Source: Vicugna vicugna (lineage: Eukaryota). Taken from it: 64,000 bases of DNA. The notes beneath the pieces are model-generated. The model did no database searches and was not told the DNA's origin. It was given only the letters and a program-made list of their open reading frames with translations. The translations under genes and the position numbers were made by a program. Numbering within the stretch: position 1 is the first letter of the stretch; each line of letters starts with the position of its first letter. Where the stretch lies: contig MU058285.1 of NCBI GenBank assembly GCA_013265495.1, forward strand, positions 62,001-126,000, given 5' to 3'. This document shows positions 49,440 to 61,919 of this stretch, one piece after another.

Positions 49440-49984
49440 TGTGTTGGGCTCCATCCCACATGCCTGCAAGCCCTGTAACTGCCCATCCTCAAGCCCAAAA
49501 AGGGAACCCAGAGGCCGTGACAGAAAGATCAGTGGTTTATTGAATAGGGGATCTTACACGTCTGAAGCTAGGAGGTCCTGGAGTGACACCCCACGAGTGT
49601 AAGGCAGAAGGCAGGCAGGCCACGGCAAGCAGCAGTCTTCTCCTCTTCCCCAGGAGTGGGGGAGGAGGCTGGGGAGAGGGGAGTTACCAGCCATGGGCAG
49701 AACTGATGTCAGGCTGGCTCATGGGTTGCCAGGGAAACCAGCAGAGGAGCAGGCTTCTCACAGCCCCTTGGGTTAGTGTTTCCCATTGATAAACCAGCAC
49801 AGTGGAGCTGTGCTGGCAGCCAGGGCGGGGCAGGGCAGGTGGCAGGCTCATAGGGAGACTGATCAGGCTCGATGATTAAGAGGAAAAGGCAGTCAGGTGA
49901 GTAGGATGTAGGCGAGGCAAGGACCGATTGAATGGAGAATGTACAGAGAGCGAGACAGCAGCCATCTTGAGTGGCTTGATCACA
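49440..49984 (-). mobile_element. Solo LTR (545 bp), probably ERVL-class; family not identified
   Basis: GC-rich island with TGTG...CACA termini. 5-bp TSD CAGCT (49435-39) / CAGTT (49985-89). Poly(A) signal on the - strand (TTTATT, 49536-41). Confidence 0.85.
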
Positions 49985-50514
49985 CAGTTTGACTTCAGAG
50001 AAAATTTTAAAAATTTGCATGTATTAAAATACATAAAATATGAAGATCAACTGGGAAAAATAACTATAACAAATGTTACTATCCTTAACCTATAAATAGC
50101 TCTAATGAATCAGTGAGAGAGAAACTTTTCAATAGAAAAATAAAGTCAAATTATGTAAATAGGCCATTTGTAAATGAAAAATCACAATATTGAGTAAACA
50201 TATGAAAACATGTTCAATCTCACCAACAATTACATAAATGAAAATTAAATCATAGCAATAACATTTACCTTTTGCAACATCATTAATTTTTTAAAAAACA
50301 TACTAATATCTAGCTTGGGAGATACATTCAAATGAGGGCTGATAAATGAGTACGTTCAGGGCTGATAAAGTATCTTAGGACTAATACAGCATGGCACTGA
50401 CCAATCAGAATAGACATTTAACCAATCAACTTTGTTCTGATTGGAGCATGACATCTTACAAACTTTCTGAGAAATAATGTCAAAACAGATCATATTCTTT
50501 GACACATAAATTTT

Positions 50515-50780
50515 TCCATGCATGTATTGAATAGTTTTGATAAATTTCCAAATTGCTTTCCAGACACATTTTATCAGTTTGCACTTTTATCAGCACTTAA
50601 TGAGAATTTGTTTCCCACATCCTAAACAACACTGGATATTTTAAATAAACTAATTTTTCGCCAATACAATATGTGAAAATACTATTTGATTAGCGGTTTG
50701 ATTTGCATTTCTTTGGCTATTAATATAGTTGACTGTATTTCTTCCTTTGTGTACTGACCATTCTTGTCCTGTTACTTTTT
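50515..50780 (-). mobile_element. Old L1M fragment
   Basis: TTCCAAATTGCTTTCCAGA..CAGTTTGCACTTTTATCAGCA..TTTCCCACATCCTAAACAACACTGG..TTTGATTTGCATTTCTTTG. Confidence 0.75.
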
Positions 50781-51829
50781 CATGCTACGTGTTTAAGCCC
50801 TTTTAAATCTCGAGTAGAAGAAAAGAGATTTAAATGATTTTCCTTCCATTCATACCACCATTCCAATTATTTTTCATGGTGGAAACTAGTCTCCTTTAGA
50901 ACACAGCGTTCAGAATTGAAAACTCAAAAATGAAAGAGCACACTATGTGGAATTTTGGCCAAGAACAAATCACTACATTTAAAAAAGTGTGTATTACAAC
51001 AGAGAGGGGTGGTTATTGGCTGACACGTTGGTGTCATAGTTGCGTTTAGTTCCTAGGCTTGTCTTCCGTGCCTCATGTATTGCTTCACTTTTCCTCTAGC
51101 CCCTGCCAGTGTGGGACCACCCAGGCTCCTGAATGCAGCTCTTTCTGTAGGACCTTAAATAAAGCCTAAATTGCAGGGTAGAAGGTCTTTAGTTTGCTGT
51201 TTGAGGCATGAATAATTTCTCTGCCATCTCTTTCACCCCCACTCAAGTTACCACGTGGAATGCCATTTGAGGTAGCTTGGAAATGGTTCTATGCTCATAT
51301 CATAAAAAGACCCAGACATTTTTTTTGTCTACTTTGTGATGGCAGAGAGAAAATAAGGAAAGGATTCAGGGTTTGACCTAAGAATCCCATTCATCCCATT
51401 GAAGTTGGTTGGGGTTTTGGGTTTCCTGAGTTGTCATGTCTGGGGGAACCTTGCAAATGGATTGGTAATGAGGCATTCTGAGGGCTGCTGATTCGGGAAA
51501 TGGATCAAGTTGTGTTGGGTACGTGGCATCCCTTCTGCTTTTGCATTCCATCCTGCATTTAAAGGCTAAACTCAGTATTGTGGGGCTACTGACATATAGC
51601 TTTATTATTGATTCTCATAGAGGAATTTATGATTCTAGGAGAAATTTTAGAGTCACATTTTATAGATGAAAACTGGAATGATTACTATATTTTCCTGAGG
51701 AGAATCAATTTTTTGACTGAGCTGTGCCCACAAGATTTTTAGTATTTGTCTGATTCCTTGTTTTCCAGTGACTAGTCTGTAGAAGGCTTTAAAACTGCAT
51801 TCTTAACAATAAAAGGCAGTTATTAGATT

Positions 51830-52045
51830 GTAGTAGAAAGAGTTGGTAAAGAGACATTAGATACTAGCTTGCTTCCCACACAGTCTCGGGGAAGTTTCTT
51901 ATCTTCTCCATCAGTTTCCTCCTGTGTTGAAGGGAAATGCATTATCCTTCATGGCTAACTCACAAGGCTGTGATCATAATCAAATAAAAGAATGAATGTT
52001 AAAATGTTAGGTAAAATATTATATGAATGCAAGGTGCAATTATCA
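51830..52045 (+). mobile_element. MIR SINE
   Basis: GTAGTAGAAAGAG..., CTCGGGGAAGTTTCTTATCTTCTCCATCAGTTTCCTCCTGTG and CTCACAAGGCTGTGATCATAATCAAAT. Confidence 0.6.
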
Positions 52046-52195
52046 ACTGATGAATAACATGCTATAAGTTAGAGACATTTATAACTACCTCCTAATGGAA
52101 TAACCATTTTGATAAAAGTAATGGGAGACACCACAAGATCGTTATAGATTCCTATAATGCTTGAGACGGTGAACTCACATGAAAATACACTTTAA

Positions 52196-52199
<4 letters not shown>

Positions 52200-52231
<32 letters not shown>
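52200..52231. repeat. (TG)16 microsatellite
   Basis: Seen directly. Confidence 0.98.
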
Positions 52232-52233
<2 letters not shown>

Positions 52234-53343
52234 GTACATATTTTCCCTCTTGGATTATTTTGTCTATCGTGTACTCTTATAATACATCATTTCAACTTTC
52301 TGTTTCTTAAAAACATTTGTAAGTTTTTACTTTTCTTGAGATAACAAACTCACTGATTTAAATTCTGTTAATGTTTGAAGTGATCTATGATTATTTTCTT
52401 CTTTTATGCTATTTTCTTAACATGAAAAAATAGTTGGAAATAAAATATGTCTATGTTTATATAGTATCTATATATCTATACACACACGTACAGAATTTGC
52501 ATAACCAAATAAAGCAGTAAATCCAGATGACTGGCATAAAAAGTACATTTTTCAGCCTTGCTTCATGCACTGTGGCCACAAAACACTCAGTCTTAATGTC
52601 ACTGTCTTATTCAGCATTCCAGTTGAAGGAAATTATGTTTTAGTCTGGCACAGCTGGGTCATATTCTAAATGAGTGAAGGATTAGACTAAAATTAGGAGG
52701 AAATATCTATGTTGCAATTTCTCCATAAAGGTGTCAAATGGCTTAATAGAAGTTTTACAATTCGGTCTCTGTTTGTTTTACCGATGCGTCCTTTGTAGAA
52801 AATGTTTCACAATATACTAATACTGAGACATAGAATATGAAATTTTTCCTTCTAGAGTCTCAAAGCTGGCTGTTGTCCCAGTTTATCACATGTAACTGAG
52901 AAACAGTATTTCATATTTTACAGACTGAGAAACCAGTGCATAGTCTAGCTTTAAAATAAGTTAGTAGGAGGTTAATGTTACTGATTTTACAAACTCAATG
53001 TTGAGATCATCAGTGAGTTAAAGAAAAAGAAAAAAACTAATGTACCCAGCTGATGCCAAAATAGTCAGATGATCAGGTCACATGGCCCCAAAACCTGATC
53101 AGTTCAGCAAATAAAAAAGGTTAACCATTCTGACTGTATTTCAATCAGAAGGTTCCCAAATATTCATAGAGTTAATTTCCTACTGTTTGCAAGAGCTCTG
53201 AATTCCTAAATGTGAGAATTTGCTTTATGGATAAAGTGGATAATTGACTATTCCTTTAAAATCTCAAATGTTAAATTAAGCTGCTTCTTCCAGTTGAAAT
53301 ACCCTTTCTTTCCCACACCTTCCCATTGAGGGGGTAAATAGAG

Positions 53344-53459
53344 AAAATGTGGAATGTCACTCAGCCATTAAAAAAAAAACCTCTGCTATTTACAGCAACT
53401 TGGCTGGACCTAGAGGGTAATATGCTTAGTGAAATAAATTAGACAAAGAAAGACAAATA
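53344..53459 (+). mobile_element. Short internal L1 fragment (ORF2 end / 3'UTR start)
   Basis: CTCAGCCATTAAAAA..GCTATTTACAGCAACTTGGCTGGACCTAGAGGGTAATATGCTTAGTGAAATAAATTAGACAAAGAAAGACAAATA. Confidence 0.85.
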
Positions 53460-53669
53460 GAATCTTAGTTTCTAATGTGATATTGGGCTGTACCTAGATA
53501 TTTACAGTAAAATGCCCATCAACACTGTGCTTTTCTTTTTCTTTTTTTCTTTTTTTCTTTTTTTTTTTTACCAATTGTCTATGAAAATCCAAAAAAAGCC
53601 TGTAATGAAATTTAGAAACTGTATTTTTATATCTTAAAAAAAATTTACTTCAGTTAAGTAAAGAGCCCT

Positions 53670-53995
53670 TGTGATTTAGTTGATTAAGCGCTAGAATAAG
53701 AGTTAGGAAACATAGGTTTAGGAAATTTTTCTATCTTGTTCACTGCCATAACTCCATTGTTTAGAAAAGTAACAGGAGCATAGTGGCAACACACAATGAC
53801 TGTTTTGAATGAATGAATAGTGCTAGTGGCATAATTTATAACACCTTAATCCAAAGCCACACAGCCTCTCTGGTTTTAGTTTTCTCATCTGCAAAATGGA
53901 ATTAAAAATTCCTACCTCATCCACCTCACAATCTGTTAAGAGGATCAAATGTGTGTGAAAAGCTAGCTATATAAAATTATATATAAATGCAAAAT
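53670..53995 (+). mobile_element. MIR with a nested L2 3' end (~53722-53818)
   Basis: MIR core TTTAGTTTTCTCATCTGCAAAATGG and GTTAAGAGGATCAAATG. L2 tail TCTTGTTCACTGC...TTTTGAATGAATGAAT. Confidence 0.7.
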
Positions 53996-55055
53996 TTAAG
54001 TGAATACAAAAAATGTAAATGGTACAAAATATTTTAACTTCTACCCAAGGAATAAATACACCTAAATTTGAATTATTTTACACCACTGTGTTGCTTCTGT
54101 TTATATTATCATAGCTATTCTTTATTTCTTCCAATTTTAAAAAACATTGAAACAGATCCAGTTTTTGTCAGAAAAGTCCGCATAAAGGTGGGAAATCAAA
54201 CAATACGTTAAAAACTCATAATCATTATTGTAACCCAAGTTAAAATTTTACAAATTCTCAAATGTGGCAGCAATTAGCAGAGTTCTATTTTCATGTAGTA
54301 TCATAAAGAGAAATACTAATTTGTCACTAACTCAAGTATTTAAGGTGTTAGAAAAAAATTTATAAATTCTTTTAGAAAATAAATTTCAATATATAGGAAG
54401 CATAAACACATTAACAAACAAAGAACAGCCTTTCTGCTTATGCTTTTGGATTAAAACCAAACACAAGATTTCTAGTGGTAGAATATTTCATTTAAAATTC
54501 CGGTCCTAAATTTTAAAGAAAATTTCAAACAAAAATAACATAGTATATTTATAGAACCAGAACACGTTACATTGAATAAAAAAAAAAATTAGTAGTAGTA
54601 GATCCCCTTTGCCAATTTTCAGCAGCCTCGTATGCAAATGCCAACCTCTCACCTGGTGACTTACTTGTGGTTACCTTTTACTCCATACCTAACCATGCTC
54701 TTGGAGCCATGTTTGAACCTCTTGCTACCAAACACCCTTGAGAAATTGATTTTACAACGTTCAAAAATTTCTCCAGACCACCCAGGTCCCAGTCAAAGCA
54801 GTAAGGGCAGTTGGGCAATTGTCTCAGGCTGGGAAAACAAACAACCCATAGGATTAAACTGGGCAGGGAGCATGAGCAGCTGGAGTACGAGTGAATCAAA
54901 AAGTAGGAGCACAGACTCCCTGAGGGGATGAAGCATCTGGGGAAGGGCTGGGCACAAGATGTTTCTGTTCCACCAAATGTCCTAGCCCTTGGTTCATTTT
55001 ACATTAGAGAGAAAGGGAAAATAAAAGAAGGTATTGAAAATAAGAGAAGTTCAAC

Positions 55056-55604
55056 TGTTAGGTAGTTAGATAATTGGGGGCACCGGGCAGATAGGAGGAG
55101 GAGAGTGAGGATGGTCTGGAAGATGGTGTTATGCCTGCCCCCAGCATAAAGGGGTTTTGCTTCCTCTAAGTGAGTGCCAGCAAGAAACTGGTTAAAACCC
55201 AACAGTCACGACTGAGAGACAGCAGAAAGGACTTAACTGGACACCACCCGATGTTCATTGTATTATAATTAACGTTGCAATTTAGCTCTCCCTCTACGGG
55301 TTTTTCTGTGTACACCACGGGTAAGGACATGCGCAAAGGGGCCAAACATGGCTAAGCACTCCAGAGACAAGAGCTGTCGATCAATCAAAAGACCACCTCT
55401 AAGCCAGGATAAAAGAGAAAGGGGAGAGAAAAACTGCCACTTTCCCTCCCTTGGATCAGCACCCCCTCCCCTATTATTGGAGGTGAAATTGTCTTTTTCT
55501 AAATAAATCTTTAAAATCTTTTTCTGCACAAGTCACTGTCTCCCGACTGTAAACTTATCTTCTGGGGATGACAAGAACTGAGGTCTTTACCTTTTGGGGT
55601 AACA
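55056..55604 (+). mobile_element. Solo LTR (549 bp), probably ERV1-class; family not identified
   Basis: TGTTA...TAACA inverted termini. 4-bp TSD CAAC (55052-55) / CAAT (55605-08). TATA-like GATAAAA at ~55408, AATAAA at 55502-07, and a U5-like GACAAGAAC motif. Confidence 0.85.
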
Positions 55605-57599
55605 CAATGACTGTCAGGGCTTGAATAGAAGCAGAAATAAACTCCCTTGGTTGTAGGAAGATTAGTCAGGATGGAAATGTAAAGACATTTTTATTAAGTG
55701 TTTAAGCTGAGTACCTTACTGGAAACCATCAACCAGATTCTTAATAATTAGAATTTTTGTTAGTTTGGTCCAATGATCACTGTGCATAAATTTGATAAAA
55801 ATAATTTCATCTTGCCTTAAAATAGGAGCAATTTAATCCTCGTGTGCCTTTTACAATGGTAGACTGTATTGAAACCCCGTGGAAACTCTCCACGTCCAAG
55901 AAGGGCTTTGCTCAGTTACAGAATAGGTGTTAACTTAAGAGGGCCAGAGGCTAGACTGAGACTGGATCCTGCATATTAGGGTTGGAGTCTGGGTTGTGGT
56001 TGAAATTTCCAGGGGGATTATCATTTCTGCAGCCAGAGAGACCACAGGGCCAACCCCAGGAATACCACCCACAGAAGATCCATGAGTTCACACAGAGAGG
56101 CTGTGTAGCAAGAAGAGGTTAGTAACAAATAAACCACTCATCAGAAACAGGAAGGAGGCAGGCTGTGGTGCCCAGCTGAAAGCGTAGCTGGGCAGGCCCC
56201 TGAGGACCGGGGGCCGCCCGGGAGGAAGGACGGAGCAAGCAGGGCGGTTAGCAGGGTTGGGGGTTGACTATTTAACACTGGCTTTGGGGTCATTATATGT
56301 GTAAACTGGCGAGACAGGTGTGCTTTGTGGGGCTCTGGTTATTTTCTTAGTCAAGAAACTGTGTTCCATGAACAAACAGTTCTTGTCTTTTCTGAATTTA
56401 AGATGTAAGTGTTAGGTGCCAATATAGAAATTCTGTGGATATTTACTGACTGATTTCTGTATCAAGAAATTTTATACATTTGTACATTTTATGGGATTGG
56501 AGTATGTAATTTTATTGGCATAAGCTTGGAGAAGAAATTGAAAAAGTTTGCCCATTTTGTCCGAAAAAGTGTAAAGGACCTGAGGAACGTAGAGGAATCT
56601 GTTATTTCCATTAATCCCCTAAAAGTAAGGTTTTAACAGGCTCTTAGACATTGATCAGAACCATGTGACAGCGGTAAGTGATTGGAGTCATAGCTCACTA
56701 CCCCAATTCACTGTCTGTCCACACAATGGAGTACGTGAGTGTGTCAGCCTGTTAAGGGATTCATTGTTAGCTTCTCTAAAGGGAGTTACACACGTGCATC
56801 AGTGAAAGAACAGTTAGACCCTTAATGCCATAAAGGCTCCATTTCACACAGAATCCATAATGTAGGCATTGTTCGTCATCTCTGAAGGGCCGTTCTACTG
56901 AGCAGGACTTCTCTCCCCTTCTGTGAAGTATCTCATTATACAGCACTTGATATTTAAGTTCGTTCTTCCAACTGTGATTCAGGGATTTTCTGACGTTTCA
57001 TTTAGAAATACCAGATGTTGGATATAAGCAACTATGGAAAATTGTGGATGGCTATTGATGTGGAAACAGCAGAATTCTTTTTTTTTAGGGAAAGGAATAA
57101 ACACTTTCTCAATAAAATGCAATAATCAAAAGCAGACTTTAAAGTCTTAGCAGAATGGAAATAATATCATACAAGACAAATTGTTTATTTGGATTATATA
57201 AAATTCCTAGTAGGAACAGGTTAACTATAATCTTTCCATTTTCACTTTAGACCTTCTCAGTGAGTGCAAGTAGTCATTAGATGATTTTCCACTGGAAAAA
57301 AAAAAAAAGGACTTGTTTCACTTTAGACCTTTTTTTACCACAATATATCTGAAGCCAGGTAAATAAGTAATATTTTAAGTAACTTTTAATACTGAATTCT
57401 GTAGGGACATAGCTTAATTTTCTAAGTAAATGTGTATTTTATTATAGTCTTTAGACTCTCTCTGACATGCACGTATAATCCAGTCACTCCTACTATGTAA
57501 GTCTATGTAAAGTTTTGAGTCAGCAGAAAACAGAGTAATGGAAACATGGTGATGCCAGTGTACAAGGGCTTTCTAGTCATACACTGCCAGGTTACATGA

Positions 57600-57765
57600 A
57601 GTGCTATTTTTTTGAGTGTTTTTTATTAGGGGCAGTTATTATATTATTTTTTTATCTAAAAATAAAGTTTTGTCAGTCCTAATTAGATATATGGTCTTGG
57701 AAGGAGCCTATGCAATGAGGTTCCCTAAACTCAGGCTTCATTACCTTCATGGTAAATCTCCACAT
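57600..57765 (-). mobile_element. Possible hAT-Tip100-type DNA transposon fragment
   Basis: TTGGAAGGAGCCTATGCAATGAGGTTCCCTAAACTCAGGCTTCATTACCTTCATGGTAAATC resembles a known hAT terminal sequence. Family uncertain. Confidence 0.45.
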
Positions 57766-58004
57766 CTGGTGTTTGTTATATGCACAGTGGGCATCTGGTG
57801 TTTTGCCTCCTCTGATTTTATTCTCCTTTTTCTGATAATGGCACCTTAAATTTCCTTTTCTGTGTGTCTGTGTGTGTGTGTGTGTGTGTTCCCCTGTTAA
57901 ATAACATTGAGGGAGGAATAAAGAGCCTTTTCAATAAGTCAAGCACCTGGGCCTTTTTTTTTCCTGCTAATTGTGCCTTTCGCGTTTGTACCAGACATCC
58001 TTGT

Positions 58005-58200
58005 AGAAGCTTTCAGGGCTGTCTCATCTGATCATCCCAACAACTCTATACAAGGCAGGTCTTTTACCATGCCCATTTTACAGAGGAAGAAATTGAAGCC
58101 CAAGGCTAAATGAGTTATCAAAAGCCACACAGCCAGGAAATGGTGCTGCTGGAGGGTGAACCCAGGTTCTATTGTTACAGGGCCACTCTTTGAACCACTA
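58005..58200 (-). mobile_element. MIR SINE
   Basis: TCTCATCTGATCATCCCAACAACTCTAT..CCCATTTTACAGAGGAAGAAATTGAAGC..CACACAGCCAGGAAATGG..GAACCCAGG. Confidence 0.85.
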
Positions 58201-58396
58201 AGTAAATGATAATGTATCCTAATTAGGGCTTTTGCATTTCAAGAAAAATTAGTGCACACTCTAGCTCTCCAACAAATTCATGGCTTTGCTCTTCAGGCCT
58301 TACATCTTCAGATGTAAGGATGACTCAGGACTGATTAACTCTTCTATAGGAAAGTTCAATTCAGTTTCTTTCATTTTGTGCATAATTCGATTTTTA

Positions 58397-58815
58397 TGTT
58401 TGATGGAATACTGGTCTCTCATAGATGGCCAACTCCTAATTCCCGGAAACTGTGATTATGTTAGGCGACATGACAAAGAGGAATAAAGTTTACAGATGGA
58501 ATTAAGTTTGCTAGTCGGTTTACATCAAGACAGGGAGATTATCTTGCATCAACCAGGTGGGCTTAAAGTAACCACAAGATCCTTGCAAATGACGAAGGAG
58601 GCAGAAGAGGAGATCAGACTGATGTGATGTGAGAGGAACACAACCTTCTAATGCTGCCTTTGAAGATGGAAGAAGGTGGCCACAAGGCAATTAATACAAA
58701 TGACCTCTGGAAGCTAAAAAAAAAAGCAAAGAAACAGGATTTTCCCTGGAGCCAACAGAAGGAACACAGCCTTGACAACACCGTGATTTTAGCCCAGTGA
58801 GACCATCTCAGACTT
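58397..58815 (+). mobile_element. MaLR LTR, MLT1D-like (3' end lost)
   Basis: CCTAATTCCCGGAAACTGTGATTATGTTA, CAGATGGAATTAAG, AGGGAGATTATC, CTTTGAAGATGGAAGAAGG and CAGAAGGAACACAGCC..GATTTTAGCCCAGTGAGACC. Confidence 0.88.
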
Positions 58816-59146
58816 GCTGTGTTAACTCAATTCAGTGTTTGTGGCTGACAAAAGAACATTATTTGATGTGCTCTAAGGCTTGCTTTTAAATAAATCATGT
58901 TAAAAATGCTGGAAAATTCTTAATGCCAACTTCAAAAATAAGCATACAAAACTATATGATGTCCAAATTTATTTAAAATATATTTTGAAATCCTGGCTCC
59001 TGTAATATCACACATTGAGATGTATACGTGCATATCATACATGTCAACTACCACAAAATCTTATCATGGTCATCTGTTGGCATTGAAGTTTATAGGAGAC
59101 ATTTATTTCTTCTTTATATTTTTTCAAAATATTCTGCATTTGTGTT

Positions 59147-59169
59147 TGTGTGTGTGTGTGTGTGTGTGT
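59147..59169. repeat. (TG)n microsatellite; a similar interrupted run lies at 57861-57889
   Basis: Seen directly. Confidence 0.95.
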
Positions 59170-61919
59170 ATACTTTAAAAGTATAAGTTAAAAGATAGTT
59201 AGAATGGATTATAGCTCCAGCAAGGGGCTTCCCTGTGTCAGGTACCGTTGCAGGTAAATTTACACCTTTATGATCGATCACCACGGTATGTAACAGATGT
59301 TTTAAACTTCCGTTTAGATGAGAACCAATTAAATAATTTCCTTATGATCACAGGTTATAAACAGTTGAATAGAACTGAAAGCTAAGTACTCTAAAAGCTA
59401 TTTTCTTTCCATTAAACCACAATGCCTAAAAATTGCATGAGGTTTCCCGATTAGAGCTACAAATGATTGTCTGTTGCTATTTTAATTGCACATGTTGATC
59501 TTCTCCACCTCCTATGTCCGTGCCATATACATAAATTCCACAGAATGTAATTCTTACTGACTGTATTCGTAAACTGACTGGATATTAATTTATACAGTCT
59601 TTCAGGATGATAAATTATATGCTTGCCCAAACTTTAGAGGGTTACATCTATTCTCAATTTACACAATTGTTTAGGAAAATATTAGTCCTTCAACTATCAC
59701 TGGCCTTTACTGTATTACTGGAGTGCACCTGGGGACAATTTCTACCTAGGGGGCATGGTAACACAAATGCATTTGACTTTAAAGGCAAAAAAAAAAAAAA
59801 TAGAGCGAAACATGGTGATATTGTTGTAGGTAGTTTTTAGCTAGGTTTCTTTTGGATGGATGCTTTGAAAAATACCACATTTCCATAAAATTTGGGGGAA
59901 AAAAAATCTCACTTCAAAATGCTGAATTTGGCTTATAAACCAGCAGACAAAAAGGGTTATGTTCAACGGCCAAACCTCCTGGTGACCCACAGCTGCACAC
60001 TTAACACAAGGAAGAAATGCCTCTTTGGATGCCTCACTCCTCAGCATGGAAGTTAATGAGGATTATCTGCCAGATGCATGGATTAAATGCAACACAGGAA
60101 CATTATTAAAAAGTATATTATGAAACTTTCTAAACTTCTTTCCAGAGGGAAAGATTGCTAAAATTATTGTAAGTAAACATATTCTGAAGTATATTATAGT
60201 TAAATTATAAATTTATGCCTTATTAAGTTCACAGTTTGATAATAGGTACGATTAATTGGGGCCATGCACCTACCTCTGCCCAAATGAAAGTACTTGACAT
60301 TGTAGGTGACCTCTGAACTTGTCCTTGATATTCTCTGCTGGGTGTCTCTCTCCCCTCATCTCCAGGTCAGGCTCAACAGAATATTTAGAGCAGCCAATAT
60401 GCTGAAGGAATCTGTGTCCCTAATTCACCTGGTCGGCCACCTGGCAAATAATTAATTGACGTGAATGAGAAAAAAACCTGATTGTGATACACGTAAGTGA
60501 AACATACACACATATATGATAATATATAGGTACTTATATGTCCATAATATGTAAAAAAATACCCATAATATCTACAATAAAATAAGGAACTCTACTAATG
60601 TAAGGAAAGGAAATGTCCTATGGGACTTGGATGAAGAGGAAACCCATCTAGAGTGGCTGTAACTCAGGAGAGGCACTCTTTTCTGGGAAGCATTCTCTGA
60701 CAACTCATTCTTGATTAGAGCCTCTCATCCGACCCTGTGTGAAGCCCACTAGACCCACTAGGCTGACTCTCAGCCATTTAAACCAAGACATAGGAGGCAA
60801 AGAGCGAGGCAGGTGGAATGGGGATGTATGTTCTAGGCTGAATGGTTCACAGATGTCATTTATCTGAGCTGTTGAACATCACATTTGCCCTTCCTTCCTT
60901 TCTTCCCCAAATATTTGGTGTGTGGCTCTATTAGGTAAATCAATGTGCTTTGTGCTTAAAGACACAGAAAGTGGACCAGATACCATGTCTCATCTTCAGA
61001 AAGCTTAGAGTCGATGGAGGGATTGTAAATTTGAAGCTCAGGCTGGAGCCAGATCCTACTCACTTGTCAGAGCTGCTCGTTAAATATTCAGGGTTTTGTG
61101 AGCTGATTGTTACATCCTTTTTTAAAAAAAATAATTTAACAATTTTTATTCAAGTCAAAAGAACAAAAGCTGCAATTCCCACTAATGGAATATAAGAAAA
61201 TTCTATTTTCATAGATATGTTAGCCTGTAATAATCTCCTATGCTTCTCTGGGACGTTCCAAATAGAAACACACAAACTTCCTCTTTAAGTAGAAAAGACA
61301 AAATATCAATTATAAACAAAATGAAAGATCACCACAGGTCACATCATATGGTCAATTACCAAGAAAGTTAAATAAGTTTAATCCAAACTTAGCAAGTAAG
61401 TAATTTATCATTTCATCAACCAGTGAAAATAATCTTCATTTATACATGTTCTCATTTATAGTAGGAAACATATGATGAGAATATAACAAAAACGTCTCCA
61501 TAACTGCACTTTGAAAGCCTTCATGACTTATAATGGAAAGATTATCTAAATTTTTAATTGGCCATGACAAGAATATTGACACTACAGTAATTGGTAACCA
61601 TTACAAATTAGGGTGTTTTTTCCCCCAGAGGATAAGTGATTAAATATTTACCAGTACTCCACTGCTTATGAGCAAAACTAACTTAGAGAAGGAACAAGGA
61701 ATATCCCTTGACTTTAGTCTCCATTGTATTCTACTAGCAGCTGTTTAAATGGGATGTGACTTTAAAAGAGTAAAGAAAGGATTAGGGTATATCTCCATCT
61801 CAATTTTGGTAATGCAAAGTGCCTTCAATAGCTTTCAGGGTTGGAAACTTGGGACTAAACTTGATAAGATCACAGACAATAAGGCACTTGTTCTCCACTC
61901 ACCCTCAGGATCTACCATA

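Larger units (their letters stand above)
48960..50320 (+). mobile_element. Very old L1M ORF2 3' fragment, interrupted by an LTR
   Basis: AATGGAACAGAATAGAAAGCCAGAAAACAGAC and TAAACATATGAAAACATGTTCAATCTCACCAACAATTACATAAATGAAAATTAAA. Confidence 0.7.
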
